From Reclinomonas americana ATCC 50394 (lineage: Eukaryota), in the NCBI GenBank assembly GCA_048213135.1, contig PS015099.1, positions 122,128-186,127 of the forward strand: a DNA stretch of 64,000 bases, given 5' to 3'. The position numbers and the translations under genes were made by a program. The notes under the pieces were generated by a model that was not told the origin of the DNA, did no database searches, and worked only from the letters and a program-made list of their open reading frames with translations. Shown here piece by piece: positions 24,511 through 37,900 of the stretch (the first letter of the stretch is position 1; every line of letters begins with the position of its first letter).

Positions 24511-27210
24511 TTACGGATTCATCTTGCTGATTTCCGTGTGGACCTTGGTGTAGTAGGCCTCCAGCTCGCCGAGTTTTGAGTGCACGTACTCCTTGTGGTC
24601 GACAATCGAGGAGAAGGCCGGCAGCAGCATGTCGCGTACTTGCTGGCGCTCGGCGGCCAACTCCTCGGCCAGTTCCTCGTACCTGCGGTGGCGATGTGGT
24701 GGGGTTAGCATTTTTTTCCCGCAGGCGTTGGCCTCGGTGGACGCAACTGCTCCTCCAGCAAGCGGATTTGCATTTCGCTCTCCTCCACAGTCATGCCCGT
24801 GTTGGCCTCCATGGCGCGGATCTCGCTCCAGATCTCCGCCTCTTCTCGCTCGCCGTCGCGCACGCGCTGCTCCAGCAACTCCTTGTCGTGCTTGTACTGC
24901 TCCTCCAGCTGCGCAAGCGTCAGCTCCAGCTTGCGAACTTCGTCGCTACGCTCCTCCAGCTCCTCTTCCACGCGAGCCAGCTGCTCCCGCGCCTGCACCG
25001 CCTCCTGCTGCTTCCTGCGCGCCTTGTCCACGTACCGCTCGCGCACCGCCGTCAGCTTGGGTCGCAGTGTGCCCTTGAGATCGAGAGCCACCGGCTCCTG
25101 GAAACCCGTGGCGTCTCGGTTGACCGACACCTCAAACACACGACCACCAGCGTGCTTGGCCTGCTGGGGCACCAGCTTGAGACGAGCCGCAATGCTGTTG
25201 TAATCAAACACGCGCAGATCGAGCTGTGTGGGCGAGAGAGCGAGGCAGAGAGGAATGAGATGAGCTCCCGCAGGCTTGGATTGCGCAAGTGTACACACCT
25301 CGTCCATCAGCTTGCCGTACATGGATTCGGCCTCCCACAGCTCGCTTTCGATCTTGGCACGCTGCTGCATCAAGGTGTGCAACTTTTCGTCGAGTCGCGA
25401 CCGGTCGCGCGTCATGCGCTCCACATCCGCCGGGGTCAGCTCCTGGCGTGACAGTGCGTCCTGCAGCGACGCCTGCAACTGTCGCAACTCCTCCAGCTCG
25501 GTATCTACAGGAGGTGTGGAGTCAGTCGCGTGCTGCATCCGTGCAAAAGCACGGAGGGTGCGCGCAACTTGTTGTCGCCAGCGACTGTTGCTTCTCGGCC
25601 AGCTTCACCTCCAAATGCGCAATGTAGGCCGACGTCTTCTCCACCAGTTGCTCAAACTTGGCCACGTCGCGCCGTGCATCCTCTCGCTCCTTGCTGTATT
25701 GCAGCAGGAGCGACGGATTGTTTCGCATCTCCGTCAGTGCCTCAATCAGCTTCTCGCGCACCGTGTACAGCCTCTCCGTCTCCTCAATGACTCCGGCATT
25801 GCGCTCATCTGCGCCCAAATGATTTTCCGTTGAGTTCACGACACTGGTGGCGACGGCGACGACAAATTCATCGCGCAACTGATGCTCTCACACAGTCGCT
25901 GCTCGACATCTGAAAAATCGTCGGCTCCTGCCAAGAACTGATAGTAGGCGTCGCTGACGTACGCCAGCACGAGATCTTCATCGGCGGCCGGCGATGAGGC
26001 ACGGCGCTCCTCGTACTGTTGTTGGCATGCAGGTGCGTTGAGTGCGACAGCGAAAGAGGGGTGTCAGTCACATGCACTGCTTGTGCTACGCGCACACCTT
26101 CAACAATTCGATGAACCAGTTCAGGTATCCGAGAATGGTCGGCCACGTGTGCTGCGTGCCGACCGACTGCAGCTGTCGCTTGCTGACGGGGAAGGGGTAC
26201 TTGAGACGCGCAATAATCGCCGCAATGTCATCCTCCGCCTGCGATCGGGTGAGGAACCAGCCAATACAGAGAGAGGGGGGTGTGTGGAGAGAGGAGGCGC
26301 GCACCTTGCCAGAGTAAAAGTTGAATTGTGGGTCGAGCTGGCGCACGAGGAACAGGAAGATCGAGGTAAAGTCCTTCATCGACGGCGCAGTGAGACTCTT
26401 GGGTGAGATGGCTTCGGGGTAGCCGCGCTCGACCAGATACTCAATGAGGTTTCGCAGGCTCTGGGCAATGTAGCCGCGGTCGCCGAGAGGGCGTGGGTCC
26501 TTGCGACGCTGCAAGTGCTGCAGGTTGGATGGAGCTGCGGCTGCCGACGATGGGCTGTTGAGGGAGGAAGGAAGAGAGAGTGAATTGCACAATCGTGAGA
26601 TGATTTTGATGATGATGAAACAAACTTCAGAGTTGCACACTGATGCCATTAATCTCTCTCACTCTCAAGAGCACAAAAAGGAACGAGCTGCGAGGAGGCA
26701 CACACGCTCGCACGCACGCACGAAATCTACCACAGACGATCTCGCTCTGGACAGTGAACACGATCACACACTCTCTCTCCTCCAAGAAGACATTTTGGGT
26801 CCCTCTCACAGGCAGAGCCTCGCTTTCTCAGCCCCCCTCTCGAGGCGTACACACACACACAGACACACACACACAGACACACGCACACACACTCCAACGC
26901 CTGCGTCTGAATAACAATCACCCTCGTCTCACCGTCCACCACTGGCCGTCGACGCACGTCCACCGCCCAGCGAGCTGTTGCGAGCCGCGCCCATCTGGCC
27001 TGGTGCTGCCAGTGCGCCACCCATAGACGGTGCCATGCTGTGCCTCTCAGCACCCCCCTGCAACGACACTTTGCCGGGCACACCACCCGCAGAGTGTCGA
27101 GCGCCAGGGCCCAGCGATGCGCGACTGTTGAGTGCGCCCATGGACAGTGGGCCGAGGGTGCGCCGTTGTGCGGCACCACCGCTGCTGCCTTGACTGTTCT
27201 GCGATGCCAT
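24511..27210 (-). CDS. NDC80: Kinetochore protein NDC80/HEC1 (7 introns)
   Basis: KDPRPLGDR, PSMKDFTSIFLFL, LKYPFPVSK, HTWPTILGYLNWFIEL; long coiled coil with QELTPADVERM and YNSIAARLKLVP. Confidence 0.95.
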
Positions 27211-27580
27211 TCTCCTTCTCGCACAAACAATCAAACAACAAGACGCGTAACGGTCTTGAAATTTGCAGGCAAATTCGTCCCGCGCGTTTGTTCTTCGTCG
27301 CTAAAAAGTAACGGTCTCCGCGCAGAGTGAGAGGGAGTGAGTGAGTGCGCGCGTGTGGGGAAGAGCGATCGCGCACGTCAGTGCTCGATTCTACAAGAGG
27401 GTGCGTGGTTGTGTCCTGCGCTGTTTGTGTGTTGTTGCCTCGTTCTTTCCTCTTTGGCTCTGTGGGGAACTGTGTGTGTGTGTGTGTGTGTTTGGCGCAG
27501 TGCGTTTTCATCAGTTCATCTCTCCCTCGGCTCGCCACTCAATTTCTTGGCACAGATATCCTTTCGCGAGTGTCGTTCGT

Positions 27581-30500
27581 ATGGGCCGCTTCACGTGGGA
27601 AGGTGTGCTGGCCGTCGGCGCCCTGGCACTCTTTCTCGGCGTGTTCTTTGGCCTCCTCTTCCCCGATCTGAGAGTGCGCGACGACTATGAGAGGTGAGTG
27701 CAGGCCACTCACGCGCGCGCACACGCACACATTGTCATCATTTTTCTCATCGATGCGATGATGATGACGACACACAGCGCGGTGTGCGATAATTTCCGTA
27801 CAAACGTGGCACCGGACGTGTGCTGCGACACCTCGTGTGCCTCCAACACGTGCGAGTGCTGTTCGTTGCGTGGTTGGGAGAGGGAAGGGAGGGGTATAAG
27901 GAAAGGGTGGAGAGATGACGGGTGGAAAGGAGAGGGACATGCCCTAGAGTTGCAAGCAGCATTGTGGGTCGAGAGGAAGGAGAGGGAAAGTGAGTTGAAG
28001 TGTGAGCGGCAGAGGGTTAGGGAGAACAGCATGGGCATGTTGGAAGGGATCACATGTCCTTGAGTTGCAAGCAGCATTGTGGGTCGAGAGGAAGGAGAGG
28101 GAAAGTGAGTTGAAGTGTGAGCGGCAGAGGGTTAGGGAGAACAGCATGGGCATGTTGGAAGGGATCACGTGCGCTGGGAGAGGATATAAAGACATAGGCA
28201 CTGTAGCAAAGCTTGTTGAGGTGCGACGATTCTCTGGATTGGAGAGGAGCGCGCTATAGTTGAGCTTCGTGAGCTGCAAGAAACTTTGTACGTCGAAAGA
28301 GTGGTGTGTGCGAGAGAGGGGTAGGGAGTATGTAAAGGCAGAGGCAGCGCTAACTGTAGCAAAGCTTGTTGAGGTGCACGACGCTCCGTATATCAGAGAG
28401 AAAGAGAGAATGAATGACCGCACATGAACAGAGGCCTCTTGAGCTGCAAGCGCCTGTGTGGGTCGACCCCGTGATCTGTGTGTGCGAGCAGGAGGAGACA
28501 AGGAGTGAATGTCAGGGAAAGTGACGAAGTTCATGTGTGTGCACGTGTGTGCCAGAGGGCAGCAATCTGTAGCAGGAGTATGTTTGTGTGTTGTGAGAGA
28601 GATACTTTTCGACGAGCGTGACAGAGAGAAGATGTGAAGAGAGATCGCAGGGGTGCAAGTGAGCGAAGAGACCAAGAGCGCGTCCACTTTGCCTCATTCT
28701 CTCGTCCCCTTTCCCCCCCCTTCGCAGCCTATCCATGCCCATCTGCGACTCGTTTGTCCNNNNNNNNNNNNNNNNNNNNNNNNNNNNNNNNNNNNNNNNN
28801 NNNNNNNNNNNNNNNNNNNNNNNNNNNNNNNNNNNNNNNNNNNNNNNNNNNNNNNNNNNNNNNNNNNNNNNNNNNNNNNNNNNNNNNNNNNNNNNNNNNN
28901 NNNNNNNNNNNNNNNNNNNNNNNNNNNNNNNNNNNNNNNNNNNNNNNNNNNNNNNNNNNNNNNNNNNNNNNNNNNNNNNNNNNNNNNNNNNNNNNNNNNN
29001 NNNNNNNNNNNNNNNNNNNNNNNNNNNNNNNNNNNNNNNNNNNNNNNNNNNNNNNNNNNNNNNNNNNNNNNNNNNNNNNNNNNNNNNNNNNNNNNNNNNN
29101 NNNNNNNNNNNNNNNNNNNNNNNNNNNNNNNNNNNNNNNNNNNNNNNNNNNNNNNNNNNNNNNNNNNNNNNNNNNNNNNNNNNNNNNNNNNNNNNNNTTT
29201 TTTCATCACAATCTGCACAATATCGCACGCCCCCCTGCCTTGTTTCTGTTCGCGTGTCCGCCCGTAGCTCCTGCCATTTGTTTCTGTTGCTTTTCCTTGT
29301 TGCATGCTTGTTCGTTTGCTAGCCTCAGTACTGCGCGTCTTCTTTACTTGATCTTGTCATTGTTCTCCACATTGCTTGATTTCACGAGCATGTTTCGTCT
29401 CTCTGCCGTCCCTATTTCCGCTTTCTGTCGCACTTGATAATCTCGAGGCATCCTTTCTCTGTAGTGCGTTGTCTCAATCATTCTGCTTGCGTCTTCATTC
29501 GCTGATGCGCCCCCCCTCCCCACCGATCCAGGCATCGTCAACGAGACCGTGGGTATTGCGCTGACGTTCGTCGCCTGCGGCCTCATTGCGGTTTGCCTAC
29601 CGGTGACCCTTTGGCTGTGCTTGCCGTCTGTGCTGCTGCTCTTGTCCGTCATTTTTGTGTTCTCGGTGCCGACGGTGGCGTTTGTTCCGGTGGTGGCGGC
29701 AGGTGACTTTTCCGCATTGTGCGCCTAATGGCACATTTTTTCGTCTCATCCTTGCTTTTTCCATCGCAGCCTGGGTGCGTGGCGTCAATGCTCGCATTTT
29801 GTTGTCATTGGTGATTGGTGTACCAGCCTTCACTCTGGCGTCGGCCATGGTTGCTTTTTGCATCCGACGGAAACGTGAGCCGCAAGGCACAGTGCTTCGC
29901 TGGCTGCTCGGTCTCGCTCGCTGGGAGTCGCGAGCGTTTCCACCGCTCTACTCGGCCGGCTACAATTCCGCCGCCAAGTATCACGAAACTGTCACATTCC
30001 TCGTTTTTCGCATGTGCATCACGGCCGCTGTGTGTGTGGTGAGCAGGCATGTCAACTGTAGCGATTCTTCAGCGGTGAACTCACCGTCATTTTTCGCTCG
30101 CCAGGGTGGTGGCCTAATCATTCTCCTCACCGTTGGCGATCACGCGCACAACGCCGGTTGGGCGGGAGCAGCAGCCTACGTGATGGTGGGAGTCGGCACC
30201 GTGGCATTCTATGCCGCGCGTAAGCGATTCCACAATCTGCATCTATTCGTTCCGTTTTGCATGACGGGTTCAGCTGTCCACCGTCGACAACGACGTTGCT
30301 CACCGCTAATCTCTCTCTCTCTCTCTCTCTTGCAGTGCGCGGTGACTGGCTGGCTGGCGGGGACGGCGTTTTTGTGCGTCGGCTTGTGGGTGGAGGCTAC
30401 TTTTGTGGCGCAGTGCCGAGCGGTCGTCAACGCAAGTGGCGCGTGTGCCAATTATGACCAGCTGCAGCATTTTGCATTCCTCGCTCTTGGCTTGGCGTCA

Positions 30501-31489
30501 CTCGACATTATCATCCTGGTACGTCACGGTCTCGCGTTGCCTCCCGTGGTTGGCAGACTGCACAGTGTGTATCATGTGCACGCGAGCACAAGCACGGAGA
30601 TACATGCACGCAGAGGCACACACACACACACACGCCGGTACACACATTCACAGAGTTTGATCCGACCATCACGAGAACACGCACATTCGATCACGACTGC
30701 CGTCAAGTGCACACCATCATGTTGTCAGGATGGCAGATGCATGCGCTCGATCCTCGTTACCATCACACAAGCATAGCACAGGCTGACTATAAATCCGCAG
30801 TTCTACATGTTTGTCACGGCATTTTCCTTTTGGTCGGCGAGCACCGCGATTCCGGGAGACGAAGACGAGTCGCTTCTCGGTCGGCGAGATGCGCAACAGC
30901 GCGCACGTTGCGTCGACTGGATGCGATGCTGGCCATCTCGCTCGTGCTCGCCGTCGTATTCAACGCAGAATTTTGTGAGCAGGATCGTGCGCTCTGGAGG
31001 TCAAGGCCGGTAGCCGATTGGAGACCGTTTTCATGGATCGACATGATGTGTTCCAAAACGGGGTCACGCTGGAGGTGAGGGATCAGAGGAACTCTTGTAG
31101 AGGCATAGGAGGAGGAGGAGGAGGCATAGGAGCAGTAAGAAAGAGTGCTATGTTCGACGGTTGAGACATTCGTTGTCCTTTTGCACTTGCTCACGGACGT
31201 GGTGTGTAACAGTGGTGGACCTGCATGAACGATCGCAGTCGCGTCGATCGAGTTCGTAAGTACGATGTCGAGGAGAGTGGAGGCATGGGTTTGGCAAGGT
31301 TTGTGAAGAGAGAGGGAGAGGGAGGGAGGGAGAGAGATGAAGGGAAAGAGAGGGAGGGAGACGGAGATGAAGGGAACGAGGGGGAGAGAGAAAGGGGCAA
31401 AGCGATTGCTGTCTGTCTGTCTATCTGTCTGTCTGTCTGTCTGACTGTCTGTCTGTCTGTCTGTGTGCATGTGAGATTATTTGTCTTGG

Positions 31490-31532
<43 letters not shown>

Positions 31533-31621
31533 GTGCCTCTATCTGTCTATGTGTGTGTGCGTTAAATGTGAGCCTTCTTTCTCTTTGTTTCTAAGTCTAT
31601 CTGTCTGTCTTTCTGTCTATG

Positions 31622-31674
<53 letters not shown>

Positions 31675-34581
31675 TTCTGTATGTCTGTTTGTGTGCCTCT
31701 TTCTGTCTGTTTGCCTGTCTCGATCTCTCCCTCCCTCCCTCCCTCCCTCTCTGTATGTGTGTATGTGTGTGGGTGTGTCTGTCTGTCTGTCTGTCTGTCT
31801 GTATGTAGTCTGTTTGTGTGTCTCTTTCTGTCTATTTGTGTGTGTGCGTTAAATGTGAATCTTCCCTCTCTGTTGTGTTTGNNNNNNNNNNNNNNNNNNN
31901 NNNNNNNNNNNNNNNNNNNNNNNNNNNNNNNNNNNNNNNNNNNNNNNNNNNNNNNNNNNNNNNNNNNNNNNNNNNNNNNNNNNNNNNNNNNNNNNNNNNN
32001 NNNNNNNNNNNNNNNNNNNNNNNNNNNNNNNNNNNNNNNNNNNNNNNNNNNNNNNNNNNNNNNNNNNNNNNNNNNNNNNNNNNNNNNNNNNNNNNNNNNN
32101 NNNNNNNNNNNNNNNNNNNNNNNNNNNNNNNNNNNNNNNNNNNNNNNNNNNNNNNNNNNNNNNNNNNNNNNNNNNNNNNNNNNNNNNNNNNNNNNNNNNN
32201 NNNNNNNNNNNNNNNNNNNNNNNNNNNNNNNNNNNNNNNNNNNNNNNNNNNNNNNNNNNNNNNNNNNNNNNNNNNNNNNNNNNNNNNNNNNNNNNNNNNN
32301 NNNNNNNNNNNNNNNNNNNNNNNNNNNNNNNNNNNNNNNNNNNNNNNNNNNNNNNNNNNNNNNNNNNNNNNNNNNNNNNNNNNNNNNNNNNNNNNNNNNN
32401 NNNNNNNNNNNNNNNNNNNNNNNNNNNNNNNNNNNNNNNNNNNNNNNNNNNNNNNNNNNNNNNNNNNNNNNNNNNNNNNNNNNNNNNNNNNNNNNNNNNN
32501 NNNNNNNNNNNNNNNNNNNNNNNNNNNNNNNNNNNNNNNNNNNNNNNNNNNNNNNNNNNNNNNNNNNNNNNNNNNNNNNNNNNNNNNNNNNNNNNNNNNN
32601 NNNNNNNNNNNNNNNNNNNNNNNNNNNNNNNNNNNNNNNNNNNNNNNNNNNNNNNNNNNNNNNNNNNNNNNNNNNNNNNNNNNNNNNNNNNNNNNNNNNN
32701 NNNNNNNNNNNNNNNNNNNNNNNNNNNNNNNNNNNNNNNNNNNNNNNNNNNNNNNNNNNNCTCTCCCTCTCCCTCTCCCTCTCCCTCTCCCTCTCCCTCT
32801 CCCTCTCCTCTCCTCTCCTCTCCCCTTCACCCCTTCTCCCTCTTCCCTCTCCCTCTCCCTCTCCCTCTTTCACCCCTCATTCCACGCCCTCTCACTTGCT
32901 GCGTGTTGCCTGCTGTAGCCCGCCCGCACCCACCTTGCTCGACGTGGAACTGGCTGACGATGATGGCAATCGTTTCCTCTCACTGCGCGTCGATGTCGAT
33001 GGTCGCATGCGCTGTGCAGCGCATCGTGTAGGCGGCAAGCAAGCTGCCGACGACCAAGATGACACGCTGGTGGTCACTCACCATTCCGCATTTGTTGTGG
33101 GCGAGGTTTGGCGATCATCCTCTCATCTGTTGTATGTGTGTGTGCGCGCGCGCTGTTTATGTCGTCACCTCGTTACAGTGGAAGCACATTGCCGTGACGC
33201 TCTCAAGACAATCGCTGGCGCTTTACGTCAATGGCCAGTTGGTGCCTGGACAGGGCGACCGATACGTGCAAGAGTTGCGTCTCTGCCAAATTTTTCCTTA
33301 TCGTATGTGGCTTCTTACCTCTCACACCCGCCGCAGTCCGCAGCAGCTAAACATCTTCTCTGAGCTGGTGCGTTCACGTGAGCCGAAGCTGGCCTTCGCT
33401 TCCGGTCTTGCGGATGTGCTCTTGTGCGAAATCCGGGTGTGGAACACGGCTCGTTCGTTTGCGGCGATTCAGGACTACTTCAACTGCGCGTTGCGCGCGT
33501 GCCACCAAAAGGCCAATGATGTGGTGTCGGCGGTGGCCGATTCTCTGGTTCTGTGGTTTGAGTTCAACACCAACCTGGCGCCGCGCTACCTCGAATCGGC
33601 CTCGTCACGTGGTCACGTGTTTGAAGTGCTTGGAGAGTCGTCGTCGCTTGTGACGAAGACCACGCTCACGCAGCAGGAGCGAACGGACCCGCAGTTGGAT
33701 GCTGCTGCGGCCCGGCGACTCTACGATGCGTTTGGTGAGATACGCACGTCACTCCTCTCTCTGTGGCTCCGATTTTCACTTGCAGTATCCACGCGACATG
33801 TCTCTTCTCTCCCATCGCCTTCCCCGCCGCGTCGCCACTCACACCCCCCTTCCCCGCTTCACCGCAGTTCCTGGCCCTGTGCCACTTCTCAGCATTCGCG
33901 CCGTGCAAGATGGCTTTGCGGTGGTAAGCTTTGTTTTCTGCACCGCAGTGCCATGTGTCATTGTTATTCTCACGCTCGTCTTGTTTTCTTGTCTCTGCAG
34001 CGGTGGATGCCATACGAGTTCAACGTCCCCATCACCAGCTACCTCATCATGTACGAGGAAAAGGACAAGGTGGACTCGGATCCCGGCCACGAGTACTTGC
34101 CAAAGAAGGATGCCACCCATGTGGCGCGAGCGGATCTGGCCTGTGACGAGTGGAACGAGGCCGGTGAAGGCGCTTCAGCCAGCGTGCTGCTGCGACAGCA
34201 GCAGGAGCCCGTGGAGTACACGGCACGCGGGCTGCGACCGGACACCGACTACCTGGTGTGGGTGGCCGCAGCGCAGACCACACGGTATGGGCCGTGCTCG
34301 GCGCCTGCATCGGTGTGCACATTGCAGTCGTCGTCGTCGACTACAACTACCCGGTCCCACAGCAGCAAGCGAGGGGGCCACGGCCACCGCCTCCGAGCTA
34401 CGAAGACTCTCTCTCTCTGTTGCGCATATTTTTGGTGCTTTGTTCTCGCGTCATCTGCGGTGGCTGTCTGACGTTGCGTTTGTGTGGTAGTATACCGGCT
34501 CGCGTTGGGCGGGACGGAGAGGATGCAAATGGAACTGTGCAGCCAGCTGCCAGGCCGCCACCGTCGTACTCCGAGGTGTGA
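27581..34581 (+). CDS. Multi-pass membrane protein with Cys-rich loop, LamG/ConA-like domain, FN3 domain and two PPxY motifs (spans two gaps)
   Basis: N-terminal TM and VCCDTSCASNTCEC; many hydrophobic segments at 29530-30520. LamG: WKHIAVT...LYVNGQLV...EIRVWNTARS. FN3: GLRPDTDYLVWVAA. Tail: PPPPSYE and PPPSYSEV*. Continuity across the gaps is inferred. Confidence 0.6.
27947..28168. repeat. 107-bp direct repeat (period 115) in an intron
   Basis: GAGTTGCAAGCAGC...GGGATCAC at 27947-28053 and 28062-28168, apparently identical. Confidence 0.95.
31409..31800. repeat. (CTGT)n tetranucleotide microsatellite region
   Basis: Multiple GTCT/CTGT runs within an intron. Confidence 0.9.
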
Positions 34582-34959
34582 GGCAGAAGACGCTGTGATG
34601 AGCTCAGTGTAAAAATCGTGTTCGAGAGTTTACGGTGTGCGAGTGTGAGACTGCATTCACGCACATGCATGCCTTTGCAGAATAGATGTTTTTATCAGCG
34701 GAAACAGCTGGATGATGACGGTCACGACGCGTGGACGGATGGCCATTGGTGTGGTCGAGCATGTCGGCACCGATAAAAGTCAGCAGCTCGAACGCCTTGG
34801 AGTTTCTTTCGATGTTCAGCTAGTTGTGTGGGGCCGCTTTGCAAGTACGTATTCATGCAGTTTGTTCCTATCATTGTTGTTTTTGTTGTCTAAAAAATCA
34901 AGTTGCCTTGTCCGTACAACAGAATCGCAAGAGAGCTCCATTTCCTTCGCTTCTCGCGC

Positions 34960-37900
34960 ATGGATCGCCATCACCGCTCCCTCCCAGTGCAGCTCCGCGG
35001 CCCACAGGGGGCAATTGCTCTCGAATCCGTGGAGAAGGCTTCGCCGCGCGCCGCGCTACGATCTCCTCGCACCGAAGTGGTGCCGTGGTACGCACTGCCA
35101 GTCGCCGAATGCCTGCATGCATTGCATGTGGCTGACCCGGAGATCGGCCTGCTGACTGCTGCTGATATCGAGTCCCGGCGGCGTGAGTTTGGCCACAACC
35201 ACTTGCAGGATATCAAGCAGCGCACCGTGCTGGGTATCATCATACCGCAGTTTTTCAACTGGATCAACTTGGTCCTGTTGGCGACATTTCTGCTCACAGT
35301 CATCACTGCCGACTACGTGGAGATGACGGTGGTGCTGGTGGTGCTTTTGCTCAACGGTGTCATCGGTTCCTGGCAAGAGCTGCGCTCGGAGCAGTCGATG
35401 CGAGCCATCCGCTCGCTGGCCCGCAGTCAGGCTCACGTTCGTCGTGCCGCTCAGCTTCGCGTGGTGGACATGGAGGAGCTGGTGGTGGGCGACGTTGTGG
35501 AGCTGCGTGCCGGCGATCTCGTGCCGGCCGATTTGCGACTGTTGGAGACCACTCGCTTGGAGGTCGACGAGGCAGTGCTGACCGGTGAATCGGAACCCGT
35601 GCAAAAAATGGCAGGAGCCCTTCCTCCAGTACTCGAAGTGGCAGCAGACGCCAGTCCGATCGTCTCACAGCCGCCGGCCATACCGCCACTGAGTGATCAG
35701 GTCAACATGGCATTCCGGCAGACTCTGGTGACACAAGGCCAGGCGGTGGCCGTGGTTGTGGCTGTCGGTGCACAGACGCAAGTGGGCCGCATTGCAGAGC
35801 AGCTGGCAGCAAAGAGCGGGGCCGACGTCAAGAGCCCACTGGCACGAGAGCTGAGCATCCTCATGTTCACCATGGTGGCCGTCGGACTTGTGTTTGCCGT
35901 GTTCATTCTGTGGGCTTTCCGCTGGAGTTTCTCCAGCGACGCGCTACTCTACGCCACCGCCACACTTATCGCCATCCTGCCGGAGGTCATCAATGTGCTG
36001 CTGACAGTGGCCATGGCTTTGGCGAGCCAGCGGATGGCCTCGCAGAACGCGATTGTGCGCCGCCTCCCGGCGCTGGAGAGACTCGGCAAGGTCACCGACA
36101 TTTGCTCGGACAAGACTGGCACCCTCACCACCGGAAAGATGCAGGCCGTGCGCGTGTGGCTCGCAAGCGAGATTGGGGTGACCTCGGCGTTGCTGCGCAA
36201 CGATCTGCGGGCCGCTGATGGGCTTCGCGCCCCACCGATGGTTGCTACTGGTGCTCCGCGCTCGGCCACCGGTGGTTGGATCCGTGAGGGCGACGACGCT
36301 GTTCAGGATCGAGATGCGGAGCCAAGCTCGATGCAGGTGAGATTGCTTATAACCTCCTCTGTTTGTAGCGTCGCCACGGTTATCTTACAGATTGTGTGTT
36401 GCACAGGAGCGACCACCGCATTTGCGTGGTTACGCACACCCAGCATTGCAGCAGGAGTGGGTGTTGAGCATGATGGTGGCCGCATTGTGCTCGTCAACAG
36501 CACTGGAAGTTGACGACAATGGACATTTGTCGGGCTCTGGCAACCCGACCGAGGTCGCCCTGCAAGTGCTTGCTCACCAGAGCGGTCTCCCACGCGACGA
36601 GTTCCTGGTTGACTGGGAGGCACGTGGCGAGTGGGCTTTCGAGTCGGAGGTGAAACGAATGAGCACCGGGTGGCGACATCGAGATTTGCCGGTGGGCATT
36701 GTGCTGTGCAAGGGCGCACCGGAGCGAGTTTTCGAACGCTGCCGCAATGTGGCCCACGACGAAGTGGCGATGCAACGGTGCGAGGAGGCAGTCGTCGCTC
36801 TTGCCTCGCAGGGCCTTCGAGTGCTGGCGCTCGCGTTTCGTCTGGTGCGCAACTCACCGGTGGAAGGCAATCGCGCTGACGAGGATGGTGGCGGTACTGC
36901 GGCCTGTGCTGATCTCCTGCAGCCCGTGCGCTCATTCGGAGGCGGAATATCGGCGCTCAAGTTCGTGCATCGCCAGTCCAGCACCAGGTCCTTACCGGCG
37001 CGTCGCTCTTGGAGCCATCAACGTCCTCAACGAACTCAGTCGTCGTCGTCAGCGGCGACGGATAGTGGCGGTTCTGGAACACGGAAGCTGCCTACCGGTC
37101 GCCTCGTTGTTCGACTGGCCGCAGTGCAAACGTTTCTGGAGGCCTTGATGGAGGACTACGAAGAGGAGGTGGAGGAGAGGAGGGTGGAGGTCGGCGCAGA
37201 CGTGGGAGGCGATGTCGAGAGAGTGAACTCAGAGAAGAAGGTGAGTGCGATGGGAATGTGGATGTGAGCAGCGAGATATACTAGACCGGCAGCGCATCGG
37301 GTTCACCAGCTGTATAGCAATTGGTATTCACGGGCGGGTGTTGAGATGCTGATGGCATGCCAGTGCACTTGTTGCAAGTCATAGTCTGCGCACTGCAACT
37401 CCATCATTAGTTTGCTTTCGCATGCTCACGCGCACACACACACAAACATGCGTACTCGTACACTACTCTCATGTCAATTTTATCGGCATCCTCCCTATTT
37501 CTCTCCGCAATATCTGACTTGCTTCCCTACAGGACGACGGCAGCTCGCCGACTCCAGACCTCCGCCAGTCGATCATTGCCGAGTATGAGCGGGACTCTGT
37601 CGAGTGCGACCTGGTGTTCCTCAGTTTGGTGGGACTGCGTGACCCACCGAAACATGAATCAGCCGCCGCTGTGCAAGAGTGTATCGAGGCAGGCATCACG
37701 GTCCGCGTTCTCACGGGTGATCACGTGCAAACGGCTGTCGCTGTGGCGGAAGAGCTCGGCGTTCTGCCGCCGGTGCACATTCAGCAACCCGGTCACGGAC
37801 TGTCGGCAGAGCAAGTCCGCGATGCAGAGCTGGGAGTGGAGCGTGGAACGCATGCACAGCTGCTGCATAGGGCGGTGCTCACTGGGCCGCAGTTTGATCG

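Noticed and set aside
34310-34365. Programmed frameshift between FN3 and the PPxY tail
   Set aside because: A 50-nt GT-AG intron (34313-34362) restores the frame without recoding.
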